37,359 nt of DNA from an uncultured archaeon. GTDB taxonomy: Archaea; Thermoproteota; EX4484-205; JAAOZP01. Each line of letters starts with the position of its first letter. Position 1 is the first letter of the stretch. The notes below the pieces were generated by a model that searched no databases, was not told where the DNA came from, and worked only from the letters and a program-made list of their open reading frames with translations. Positions 26,758 through 35,901 of this stretch are shown here, piece after piece. Location: positions 1 to 37,359 of the forward strand of contig CALIBN010000030.1 of assembly GCA_938045545.1 (NCBI GenBank). The letters run 5' to 3'. The position numbers and the translations under genes were made by a program.

Positions 26758-27298
26758 GCCTCTTGGATATTTTAAACAGGATGATCCTTTCAAAAAAGAA
26801 GCTCCTGCAGGAGGCTTCTTCAACAATGAGGCCTTTCTCCTTCAAGGTCTTCTTTAAGCCATCCAGGTCTGAAAGGCTTGACTGAACGAGGAACATTACG
26901 CCGGAGTCGGAAATTAGGGGAAGCACGTTTTCCAAGAGTCTTCTCGAGAAGGATGCGTCTTTCCCAGCAGCCCATGAGGAGTCTTCGCCGGGAGACTGTT
27001 CAACCGGGAGATAGGGAGGATTACTCACCACCACGTCGAATCCAACGCCATCCCTGAAAGCTTTAGCAAGATCCCCGTTTACGACGTGAACCACCCCCTT
27101 AAGCCTGTTACTCTTGAAATTTGCTAAAGTGTTTCTACAAGCCTTCATATCAATGTCCACCGCAACCACCTCAATGCTTCTGCGTGCCAAGGCTAGGGAA
27201 ACTATGCCGCTCCCGCAGCCTATTTCCAGAACCCTCTTGGCCTCAACCTTTTCGACGGCGTCGAGAACCATATAGGAATCCTCTGAAGGAGGATACAC
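26744..27298 (-). CDS. HemK2/PrmC-like N5-glutamine methyltransferase
   Basis: VYPPSEDS, LEIGCGSG, NPPY, FFE; start uncertain. Confidence 0.88.
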   Translation of the reverse strand: MYPPSEDSYMVLDAVEKVEAKRVLEIGCGSGIVSLALARRSIEVVAVDIDMKACRNTLANFKSNRLKGVVHVVNGDLAKAFRDGVGFDVVVSNPPYLPVEQSPGEDSSWAAGKDASFSRRLLENVLPLISDSGVMFLVQSSLSDLDGLKKTLKEKGLIVEEASCRSFFFERIILFKISKRLNPL

Positions 27299-27333
27299 GC
27301 CGGGGTATACTGTAATCCTTAAGCCGTTGACAA

Positions 27334-28443
27334 CTATCTCGTACGTAGCTCAACCACATCCCTGTCTAAAAGCTTGAAAGAAGGGCCTACTCTCAACGGC
27401 CTAGACGTGAAGCCACCCCTCCACAACCTGGCATACTTCAGGTTTTCCGAAAGGTCCCTATGGATTTTGGAGGCAAGCTCCTGGACGGTGGTTTCCTCAT
27501 CCACAAGCAGCGGCCTGCTGGAGGGTAAGACGGTAGAGGGAGGCTTTAAATACACTCTGATAAGCCCTGAGGCTTTGAAAACCGTTTTTAAAAAATCATT
27601 CTTCAATAGCCTTTCTAAGCCGACTATAGATTCCTCCGTAACGCCTAGCTGGTCGGCGGGTAATCCGCCTTCATGGTTTTTCACCACTATTAGAAAGTTT
27701 TTCCTCTGCAAACCCTTTATCGAGCACTCAAGCGTGTAGAGAGATGTGAACTCAGAGAGGTGTATGATCCCGCTTTCCACACCTTTTTCCCTCATGAAAC
27801 TCTTAACCTCCTCTTCAGACAGGAATCGCGACCTGTTCAACACCGTTATCCCGCCTGTCCCCAAACTTTTGAAGACTGCTGTTGACTTTTTTGAAGCAAC
27901 ATAGACTCCGAATCTCCTGAGCATTTCCTTAACCAGGTTGAAGCTCTCGAAAAGATTCTCAACGCTCAAAAGTATCAGTATCAAATCTGATTTCAAGAGT
28001 ATTGTTTGAATAAGCGAGTATTTCTGGCTCTCCACCATGGATGGGGAAAGGGGTGCGAAGCTCAAGACGATGTCTTCGAAGCCAACGCTTAAAGGTTTAA
28101 GCCTACTCAGGGATTCTAGAATAAGCGTTTCATCAAAACTTTTAACACTAGTCAAAAACTCTTGGAGGAGCCTCTTATCCTTAGCCAGTATCGTTGTCAA
28201 CACTGTCGTCTCGCCTTTTTCGAACGCCACAGGCCTAGTGCTGCGCCTCTTTCTTTCAGCAGCAATCTCGTCTTGAAGCCGGGATATTTGGCGTTTAACC
28301 TGAGCCCTAAGCTTCTCAGTCCCCTTATGCTCAGGTATCATCGACAGGAATACCCTAAGGTTCTCAAGCTTCTCCTCCTTGCTCTTAGAGGCAACAACCT
28401 TCTTATATTGGGCTTCTGCTTGAGGCGGAAGATTAGTCACCAT
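27334..28443 (-). CDS. DRG/OBG-related protein with C-terminal TGS domain and degenerate G domain
   Basis: N-terminal TNLP...IP.HKGTEKL and C-terminal IRVY.K...TV..LA..IH...YA.LW...RVG...L.D.DVVE; no GxxxxGKS. Confidence 0.75.
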   Translation of the reverse strand: MVTNLPPQAEAQYKKVVASKSKEEKLENLRVFLSMIPEHKGTEKLRAQVKRQISRLQDEIAAERKRRSTRPVAFEKGETTVLTTILAKDKRLLQEFLTSVKSFDETLILESLSRLKPLSVGFEDIVLSFAPLSPSMVESQKYSLIQTILLKSDLILILLSVENLFESFNLVKEMLRRFGVYVASKKSTAVFKSLGTGGITVLNRSRFLSEEEVKSFMREKGVESGIIHLSEFTSLYTLECSIKGLQRKNFLIVVKNHEGGLPADQLGVTEESIVGLERLLKNDFLKTVFKASGLIRVYLKPPSTVLPSSRPLLVDEETTVQELASKIHRDLSENLKYARLWRGGFTSRPLRVGPSFKLLDRDVVELRTR

Positions 28444-28595
28444 CCTCTATGGAGAGAATGGCGATTAAGGGCTTAAAAAACCTAGCCGCCAGCGAGCATC
28501 GCGGACAAGGGCCTTATTCCCATGGCTTAATCTAATCAGGCTATAAACAATACAGGGGATGAAGTGAAAAACTCATCCGAGGGTTAGGAGCTGGA

Positions 28596-28903
28596 CTACG
28601 TAGGGTGTTCGAGCGTTAAGGCAAACCATAACGTGAACAGGAGCATGTATACGAGGCTGAAAGCTATGGCTAGCAGCCAAGGGATCCTATCCCTAGGTTT
28701 GAACCGCTTGAGCAGGATTCCGAGAAAGTATGCTAACGAGAGGAGTAGCCAGCCGAGAGGAAAAATGGAGACGGGTGGCTTGAAAGGAAACTTCAAAGTA
28801 TCCGGTCAATCACTCTCTGAATCATAATTCTATACGACAACTCGTTCCCCCTGAGCTGGGGGCAGCTCATGCATTCCGGCGCACACTATACTATTGTTCA
28901 CCC
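28596..28903 (-). pseudogene. Small 2-TM membrane protein, probably frameshifted
   Basis: Hydrophobic 66-aa ORF (28596-28796); upstream GGAGG-GTG and 'MIQRVIDRIL' segments lie in other frames. Confidence 0.3.
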
Positions 28904-29123
28904 TCCTTACCACTCTCTGAAGAAAAAGGTGGAGGAGATATTTTTTAATTACGATATTAGAGCGTACTTAGTATCGATATTTTAATTTCTTGCTGTTAGC
29001 ATTATCGTCTTATATTTGGCTGGATAAGCGTATTTTGTTATAGTAAAAAATATTTTTAAATGGAGGTTGGTTATTTTTGACTAAAAACATGGAAAATGGG
29101 GGATGTGTGTTTAGGGGGCCGAT

Positions 29124-29797
29124 ATTAAGCGACATGGGCGAATAATTGAGCAGGCGGTTATAGTGGCATTGTTGATAGCGGTTCTATCGTTAGTCTGCGT
29201 CACGCTGACTACTGCCCAGGCGTTAGGTACTATGCAGGATACGCTTTTTACGGTGATGAGGGTGCTTCGCCACCCTATGGAGTATCCGCCAGAATTTATA
29301 CCATAAGCAAGAACGTGCCCACGGGTCATTTTTACGCTCAATGGCCTACTGTCGTGCTCAGTTATAGATATCTCTATTGGGTTCAGGTAGGCTACACCAA
29401 AGGTTGGAACACCAACTACCAGCTGACGTGGTACGCGGAGAAGAATGACCGGAACGGTTGGGAAATCCACTGGACTGGAACTCCGAACACCGGAGCCACG
29501 TACAATTATTGGATAGAGAGATATGAAAATAGCGGCGTCTGGGTTGGCGGCGTCCCTGGCTATTGGATGTGGAACTTTGGAACGCTTAACCCCAACATGG
29601 GGGTGGATTACCAAGCTTTCAGCGAAACCACGACTACTGAAATCAATACCGATGGAACGCGCTTCAGCGACCTGCGCATCCTTAGCTATAATGGAATCGA
29701 CTGGATCCCTTGGTGGAGGCATGTTCCCAGGGAGGATTCGCCTTACTGGCTCACACAAGTCTCCGATTGCGAGTTCTACGCTTGGGGTGGTGGCTGA
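29124..29797 (+). pseudogene. Secreted glutamic-peptidase-like (neprosin/G1-type) protein, frameshifted near 29220
   Basis: Signal peptide KRHGR-IIEQAVIVALLIAVLSLVCVTLTT-AQA in one frame; mature domain RYYAG..YGVSARI..WVQVGY..AFSE in the -1 frame; no canonical start. Confidence 0.55.
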
Positions 29798-30439
29798 TGA
29801 CTCGGGTTGGAAATATGCTCCTCCTAATGCTTCTGGCATTAATGGGTACGGGCATAATCGTAGGAAACTGCATTATGCCTAAGCAACCCGTTGGAGGCCC
29901 TGCCATTGTCCCAGGTTTCACTAGGCCTGAAGATTTTTATGCTCATTCGCGTGGCCCTGCACCGTTTAGCAAATTGACTGGGATTGTCCCCTTGGACACT
30001 GGTCAGCCAGCTGGCCAAGAGAGGGTTTACGCTCTACCTGCCCACGAGAATGGTGAAGGGGATGGAGCTCACAGCCGTGTGGGCTAAGGTTGTTGATGGG
30101 CAGGTTAGCTTTCCCATAATAGTGCTCTATAGCAACACGGGAGACAAAGACATTGCGACGGCGGAAATCGGGATGGAAATAGCACCTATGCCCGAAATCC
30201 CCTTCAGCTTAGTCAACAGTTCAACCGACAGATTTGATAAAGTGGGCGGGTGTACGGCATTCGTCTCCAGTAGAGCACCAGTGGGTTACAGAGAATATTA
30301 TCTGAAGTATGGCACGGGGTACGCATATCTCGTGGATATCAAGATCGGCTCCTTGAACTATCTCTTCGGATTCGCGCCCGTCTTGACAGAGGAGGAAATC
30401 ATGGAGATCTGTGCAAGCATGAGGCCCGTGGCTCCATGA
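29797..30439 (+). pseudogene. Membrane-anchored extracellular protein, frameshifted near 29990
   Basis: ATG overlaps the upstream TGA (TGATG); N-terminal TM, then a +1 shift at GTCCCCTTGG into the 151-aa ORF (LYLPT...LTEEEIMEICASM). Confidence 0.55.
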
Positions 30440-30483
30440 GAACTGGAATACGCTCGGCTAGAAATATTCATCCTTGCACGCTG

Positions 30484-31734
30484 CTATTTGAGTATGCCTA
30501 CTACTCCTCCGAAGCCCTTGTAGAGCATCACCCCCTCCTCGGTGGCTGTCGATATTAATTCCAGCTGAACGTTTTTCTGAGAGGCTGTTTCAATGAAACG
30601 GTCTAGGAGGCTCTCCTTTTCCGCAACATTCAGGCTTGTTGAGCCGCATTTCGGACATGGTGTTGAGGATAGTTTCGCTGGAAGCGTGATCAGCTCTTGA
30701 AACGGGTGTTGCTCAACAGTCTCGTAGTCGCATCTGCCGCATTTAATCTTAACCATGAATATGTCAAGAGCCTCTGAGAAAAGTATGAGCCTCACCTTTC
30801 CACTTTGAACCGCGTTCTCAACCTCTTTAAGCCCGTAGACAACCTTGTCTGGTTCAGAGCTTACAAGCCTAAGGAAGCTGCCCACCAGGTTCCTCTCCTT
30901 GATCAAGTCGAGCTCCTGAAGCTTTTCAGAGGCTTTCCCCAGTATCTCCTTTATGCCTTGGTGACCCGTGTAGGAAGTGTCAACCACAGCCAGTATTTTT
31001 TTCCTAAGCTCGTAGTGTATAAAATCCTTCTCGAGAAACATTTCCTTAGTTGGTCCCGGCCCGCCTACTATCAACCCTTTTACGTCAGTATTTTGAAGGT
31101 AAACCTCGTTTAGACGCTCAGCCACACGCTTGTAGAAATCGTTTAGCTCCATCTCCCTCAGCCTTTCAAACCTTCTGGCCGACTGGCCTCCCTTACTCGT
31201 CTTACCTGGGACGCCGGAGGTCAGCTCGTCTTTCACGTCAATATTCCTGCCTGTTGCGAGCGCGATCGTCGCCTCAGAATTATCAATCGATAGGATTAGA
31301 TACTTATCCTTCTTCTCAAGCATTTCTTTAAGAGGCTCAACGTAAAACTTGTCGTCGCAGCCATAGTATGAGAGGGTTATTTTCTCAGGGGGCTCTATCA
31401 CGTGAATCTCAATATTCTCCGAACCAGGCGTCTCTCCTGGGATTGCCCCGCAGAATATGACGAGCCCGTTTTCAGGAGCCTCTTCGTAAAGCTTAAGCCT
31501 CTGCTGAACCTTCACTATAGCGTCCTGAACGTTTTTCCTGGTTGTTCTAGACTTAATGTTAGACGCCTTCCCATACTCCTCCCTGAGGTTCGTCATCACC
31601 TCGCTTATCCTTCTTCCCGGGGGTATGTAGAGGCTGATCAACTCCGTCCCGCGCCCCCTTTTTTCAGAGAGCTCTCTAAGAGTCCTTCTCGAAATATACT
31701 CCTTCACCGAGGTTGCGAGCGTTTTTTCACTCAA
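30484..31734 (-). CDS. prf1: Peptide chain release factor aRF1
   Basis: GTELISLYIP, NIKS, Y.CD..F, GGQS..RF; C-terminal CxxC..CxxC. Confidence 0.96.
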   Translation of the reverse strand: MSEKTLATSVKEYISRRTLRELSEKRGRGTELISLYIPPGRRISEVMTNLREEYGKASNIKSRTTRKNVQDAIVKVQQRLKLYEEAPENGLVIFCGAIPGETPGSENIEIHVIEPPEKITLSYYGCDDKFYVEPLKEMLEKKDKYLILSIDNSEATIALATGRNIDVKDELTSGVPGKTSKGGQSARRFERLREMELNDFYKRVAERLNEVYLQNTDVKGLIVGGPGPTKEMFLEKDFIHYELRKKILAVVDTSYTGHQGIKEILGKASEKLQELDLIKERNLVGSFLRLVSSEPDKVVYGLKEVENAVQSGKVRLILFSEALDIFMVKIKCGRCDYETVEQHPFQELITLPAKLSSTPCPKCGSTSLNVAEKESLLDRFIETASQKNVQLELISTATEEGVMLYKGFGGVVGILK

Positions 31735-31808
31735 AATACGGTTCTCCGGAGAGACCCCGCCGACCCCCCATATATTAATATTTCACTCCTCAAGGGGATA
31801 AGGGAGAA

Positions 31809-32498
31809 ATGAGGATCGTGCTGAAAATAGGGCATGCTCTTTTCAAGGGCCACTCGATAGAATTGGAGAAGATACGTGGGACAGCGGACGCGATACTGAG
31901 GCTGCACAACGCTGGTCACAGGGTGGTTGTCGTCGTCGGCGGCGGTGAGCCCAGCAGGACCTATATAAACGCGGCTAGAAGCCTCGGGGCGGACCACGCT
32001 ACCTGCGACGAGATCGGCATAATGGTCACCCGGATTAACGCTCTCCTGCTTTCCGTAGCCTTCGGAGAGGCCTCGAGCAGAAATATCATAGGCAGCTTTG
32101 AAGAGCTTGAGAGACAGCTGGACGCGACTAGTGATAAAATACTCGTCGGAGGAGGTTTCACGCCCGCCCAGTCGACAGACGCTGTCGCAGCACTAATAGC
32201 TGAGAGGCTGAAAGCCGATCTCCTGATAAAGACCACTGATGTCGACGGTGTTTACAACGCTGACCCTAAGAAAAACCCGGATGCGAAGCTGCTTAGAGAA
32301 GTAAGCATAAGAAGGCTCAGGAAAATACTGGGGCAGGAGTCGAAACCCGGAGAATACAAGCTTCTAGACCAGGTTTCCCTCTCGATACTTGAAAGATCAA
32401 GAATACCGGTTGTATTCGTAAACGGCTCCGACCCTGAAAACATCATTAGAGCAGCCTCCGGGGAGAAAGTAGGCACGAGAATAAGCTATTCCGAATAA
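31809..32498 (+). CDS. pyrH: Uridylate kinase
   Basis: VLKIG, VVGGG..SR.YI, D.IGI..TR.NA, STDAVAA, DVDGVY..DP, GT.I. Confidence 0.93.
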   Translation: MRIVLKIGHALFKGHSIELEKIRGTADAILRLHNAGHRVVVVVGGGEPSRTYINAARSLGADHATCDEIGIMVTRINALLLSVAFGEASSRNIIGSFEELERQLDATSDKILVGGGFTPAQSTDAVAALIAERLKADLLIKTTDVDGVYNADPKKNPDAKLLREVSIRRLRKILGQESKPGEYKLLDQVSLSILERSRIPVVFVNGSDPENIIRAASGEKVGTRISYSE

Positions 32499-32927
32499 CC
32501 CTGTTCTCAGAATCAACCACTTAAGACTTTGTGCTCGGCCGAATTTTCAGGAGCAACTCGTTTTTCTAACCTTAAGGCTTTACTGAACGACATGGATGAA
32601 GCTGAGAAGCTTAGAAAGTAATGAAATGGTGAACAGTAATGTCCCAACAGCGTTCGAGGTGGACTATAGTTTCGATTATATACTTATTAAAAATACTATG
32701 TCTTGACAATTTTACTTGTTGTAACATGATTAAAATTAACTCAGAAAGAAATCTTTTCAGAAACTCGATGCTTTTACAGGTTATCTCCACATCGACGCCA
32801 GAGCCGGCCAGAGGACGTATAGCGACACTAAGTCGACCACGGTGGGAGTAACAGTGCCTGAGACATCTCCGCAGGGGAGCTTGGCGAGGCTAGCGGGGTC
32901 AACGGGGAGTATAAGGATTCTTCTCTC

Positions 32928-33460
32928 ATGATGATGGCGGGGAACCTGCCGGAGGAGGAGAAGCGTGAGGCGGAAGGGCTTGCGAAGGAGGAGCGTGAGG
33001 TAGTAACCTCTGAGAGGCTCGTGCTCCTGCAGAGGCCCGGGAGGGAAAGAGGAGGAAGAAATAACCCTCCGATGCTCGATTCGGAGATAAGGGAGATCGA
33101 GGCGCTGGCCTAGGGAGCCCCTCAGACGGCTAAGCCTGAGAATCAGGAGGAGGAGCTGAGCGAGGAGGAGAAGAGGCGGGAGGAACTATATAGGGAGGAG
33201 CTTTTCGAGGCCATCGCGAGGAAGATCGAAGCCGAGGCGGAGTCTAAAGGCCCCTCGAGAGGCTATTCGAGAGATCTGCGGAATCCAGTGAGATAAAGGA
33301 GCGGATCGAGAAACTCTCTCAAAAACCCGTGGAATATGAGAAGCCTGGAGAGACATATAGAGAGCTCGTGGAAGAACTCGAGATCCTAGAGCGCGCGACG
33401 AAGAAACCCCGCGTGAGAAAGGGGACACAAAGCCGCGTTGACGTGAAGGAAACCTGCTGA
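32928..33460 (+). pseudogene. Fragmented Glu/Arg/Lys-rich coiled-coil gene
   Basis: Reading continues in frame past TAG 33111 (GAPQTAKPENQEEELSEEEKRREELYREE...), then a frameshift and TGA near 33290 (DKERIEKL...ELEILE). Confidence 0.45.
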
Positions 33461-33722
33461 TGATAGTATCATGATTAGCTTCAGACTGTTACGCAGATTG
33501 ATACCGTCGGTTCCAGAATTATTACCACTTTCCATATGGTTCCTTCATTTAGCTCAGCAACAGTCTTCTCGCCGCTTATGAGATCCCCCTGGTTCCGCAC
33601 CACCGCTTACTTTCTGGGAGTGTCGATCGAGCAATTTAACTTAACATATCGATCCTGGCTTTTCTCAGCGCTGCTAGAGGATTTTCTTTAACTAACCCGA
33701 AGAATCCTTCTTCAGAAGGGAA

Positions 33723-33873
33723 TGGGGCCAGGGCGATTTGAACGCCCATTCACGGGTTTCCTCCCAGCTCCAACCTTTCCTCATCTCCCTCGCCGGGATC
33801 CTTGGCTTGCATGCGGCTGGAGCCCGCCGTCCTGCCTGGCTGTCCGTCTCAAGTGGCTTTAGACTATGGCCCC
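33723..33873 (-). tRNA. tRNA-Trp(CCA) with introns at 15/16 (19 nt, 33858-33840) and 37/38 (59 nt, 33816-33758)
   Basis: GGGGCCA/TGGCCCC acceptor, GTCT/GGAC D-stem, GCGGG-CTCCAG^A-CCCGT anticodon arm, GGGCG-TTCAAAT-CGCCC T-arm. Confidence 0.9.
33758..33816 (-). ncRNA. Intron-encoded C/D-box-like guide, predicted for Cm34 of tRNA-Trp
   Basis: C'-like ATGAGGA; guide GGTTGGAGCT complementary to GGCTCCAGCC at the exon/intron junction; D-like GGGA places C34 at D+5. Confidence 0.55.
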
Positions 33874-34082
33874 AGTTTCCCCGTGTGTTTTTCCTTATGG
33901 TGGATTTTTAAGGTTTTTCGTGCTGCCGGTTTTTAGGGTTATTCCATAGGCGGGCAACGAGGTTGCAGTTTATTTAGGCTGTTTACTGCCGTTTTTATGG
34001 TTGTTTAACGGTTAGGCTTAAACTGGGCTGGGGGCGGGGAAGGTTTTATTAAGGAGTTACGCTGTTAATCTTCGGATGAGAA

Positions 34083-34325
34083 ATGACTCACGCGTATGTT
34101 TTGATGAATGTTGAGATAGGGACTGAGAACGACGTTCTGAACAGGCTTAAGGAGACTCCGGGGGTTGTGGAATCCTGGATTGTTTTCGGTGTTTACGATA
34201 TCATTACTAAGGTTGAGGCTGAGAACAGTGAGAGGCTTAAGGAGCTCATAAGCAGGTATATTAGGAAGATCGAGGGCGTTAGGAATACTCTTACATTGAT
34301 GCCTATCGAAGGCTTCTCCAAGTAA
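34083..34325 (+). CDS. Stand-alone Lrp/AsnC ligand-binding (RAM) domain protein
   Basis: AYVLMNVE.G.E, V.GVYDII.KVE, IRKI.GV..T.TL; no HTH. Confidence 0.88.
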   Translation: MTHAYVLMNVEIGTENDVLNRLKETPGVVESWIVFGVYDIITKVEAENSERLKELISRYIRKIEGVRNTLTLMPIEGFSK

Positions 34326-34368
34326 AGTTTAAGCCTGGCCCAGTGAAGAGTATCGTGAACTGTTAGCG

Positions 34369-34722
34369 ATGGGGCTGAGATTCGGGTCTAAGAGGGAGCA
34401 GGAGCGCCTGCTTAAGAGGCTTGGGATAAAGCTTGAGGAGGTTCAGGGTGTTAGAAGCGTGGTTATTGAGACTGAAAGCGAGAGGATTGTTTTCGACTCC
34501 CCAGCGGTGACTAAGATGGTTAGCGGCGGTCAGGAGATATACCAGGTTATTGGCGAGCCTGTGGTTGAGAAAAAGGAGAAGGAGGAGTATGTCCCCCCGG
34601 AGGAGGATGTTCTGCTGGTGGCTAAGCAGACAGGCAGGAGTGTCGAGGAAGCTAGGAAAGCCTTGATAACGACTGAAGGCGATATTGCTCAAGCGATTGT
34701 TCTGCTTCAATCAGGCCGGTAG
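34369..34722 (+). CDS. nac: Nascent polypeptide-associated complex protein
   Basis: LG....E...V..V.I, YQV.G, UBA-like EEDV.LVA.QTG...EEA.KAL....GDIA.AI. Confidence 0.92.
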   Translation: MGLRFGSKREQERLLKRLGIKLEEVQGVRSVVIETESERIVFDSPAVTKMVSGGQEIYQVIGEPVVEKKEKEEYVPPEEDVLLVAKQTGRSVEEARKALITTEGDIAQAIVLLQSGR

Positions 34723-34768
34723 GGAAAGGCATATTTGCTTCCACGCGTTTCCTTTAGAGTCTTTAAAA

Positions 34769-35299
34769 ATGATTTGCGAGATATGCGGGGCTAGAGCTCC
34801 GAAACTGAGGAGAGTAGTCATAGAGGGCAGCATTATGAATGTTTGCCCCGACTGTTTCAACACTCTTACTAAGAAGACTCCTGTTGAAAACGTGTTTGCC
34901 AAGCCCGGTGGAACACTGGTGAAGAAGCCGGTTGCCACTAAACCGGTTGCGGTTAAAAGGGTTGAGAGGAAGACTCCTGTCGAAAACGTTTCTCTAGCAG
35001 AGTCCGTGGGGCTTGTGAACAATTACAGGGAGCTTATTAAGAGTAGGAGGAGGGAGCTCGGCTGGAGCGAGGAGGACCTGGGGGAGAAAACGGGTTTGAA
35101 AACGTCTCTTATCAAAAAGATTGAGTCCGGCAAGATAACTCCCTCAGTGGTTGACGTCAGGAAGATTGAGGACGCTTTGAAAATAAAGCTGCTTACGAGC
35201 AGCAAGCAGGAGGAAGCGGCTCCCCTCAAGCATCTTGTTAAAAGCCCCTCCCCAACCTTAACCCTGGGGGATATTTTGCGCGACGAGGCTGCTGAATAA
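34769..35299 (+). CDS. mbf1: Multiprotein bridging factor aMBF1 (Zn ribbon + HTH)
   Basis: CEICG...IEG..M.VC..C, HTH, TLGD; start ATG 34769. Confidence 0.9.
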   Translation: MICEICGARAPKLRRVVIEGSIMNVCPDCFNTLTKKTPVENVFAKPGGTLVKKPVATKPVAVKRVERKTPVENVSLAESVGLVNNYRELIKSRRRELGWSEEDLGEKTGLKTSLIKKIESGKITPSVVDVRKIEDALKIKLLTSSKQEEAAPLKHLVKSPSPTLTLGDILRDEAAE

Positions 35300-35307
35300 C
35301 CGGAGAG

Positions 35308-35901
35308 GTGCCCCGCATGGTTCAAACCGGTTGCGAAATAGGGGTTCTCCGCCTCGGCCACAGGATATTCAGGGATAAGAGGGTGACTATGCATGCCTTC
35401 CTCGTTTCAAGAGCCTTCGGAGCAACCTCGTTCATCATTCACGGAGACAGGGATTCTAAGCTTGAGGAGAAAGCCATGAGGGTTGTCAGAGACTGGGGTG
35501 GGAGAATAAGCGTCGGCTACAGTGGAGACTGGTTGAAAACAGTTGAGGAGTGGAGGAGCAGAGGGAGCCTGATAATCCATCTAACGATGTACGGCATGCC
35601 TGTTGAAAACGTTATTGAACGCGTCAGAGGGGCAGGTAGGCTCCTAGTGATAATCGGCGGCCGGAAGGTTCCCCGAGAAGCCTACGAGGCTTCAGATTAC
35701 AATGTCGCGGTAACAAACCAGCCTCATTCAGAGATAGCTGCGCTCGCAATATTCCTAGATAGGTTTTTCAAGGGCAGGGAGCTCTACATGCAGCATGAGA
35801 AGGCAAGGGTCTTCGTGGTTCCCTCCCCCAGGGGAAAAGTAATATGTAGGAACCCGTTTTACAAGAAGGAGGAAGAGGAAGTTGGGCGAGGACAGGCTTG
35901 A
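35308..35901 (+). CDS. trm56: tRNA (cytidine-56-2'-O)-methyltransferase
   Basis: LRLGHR..RDKRVT.H..LV.RAFGA, HLTMYG, KVP, N.AV.NQPHSE.AALA. Confidence 0.95.
   Translation: MPRMVQTGCEIGVLRLGHRIFRDKRVTMHAFLVSRAFGATSFIIHGDRDSKLEEKAMRVVRDWGGRISVGYSGDWLKTVEEWRSRGSLIIHLTMYGMPVENVIERVRGAGRLLVIIGGRKVPREAYEASDYNVAVTNQPHSEIAALAIFLDRFFKGRELYMQHEKARVFVVPSPRGKVICRNPFYKKEEEEVGRGQA

Noticed and set aside
29243-29250. GCTTTTTA as a programmed -1 frameshift site
   Set aside because: It is not in the X XXY YYZ phase for the upstream frame, and protein-like sequence switches frame earlier, near 29220.
29111-29839. 242-aa minus-strand ORF
   Set aside because: Antisense shadow of the + strand secreted-protein gene; no recognisable motifs.
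29103-33113. In-frame TAG codons at 29112 and 33111 as possible pyrrolysine or amber recoding
   Set aside because: Many core genes here end properly at TAG (ubiD, nop10, rps27e, tfs, aRF1, nac, tfe), no pyl genes are visible, and both loci carry other lesions, so pseudogenisation is the simpler explanation.
32500-33720. Intact provirus or integrative element at tRNA-Trp
   Set aside because: No integrase and no duplicated tRNA 3' end found.
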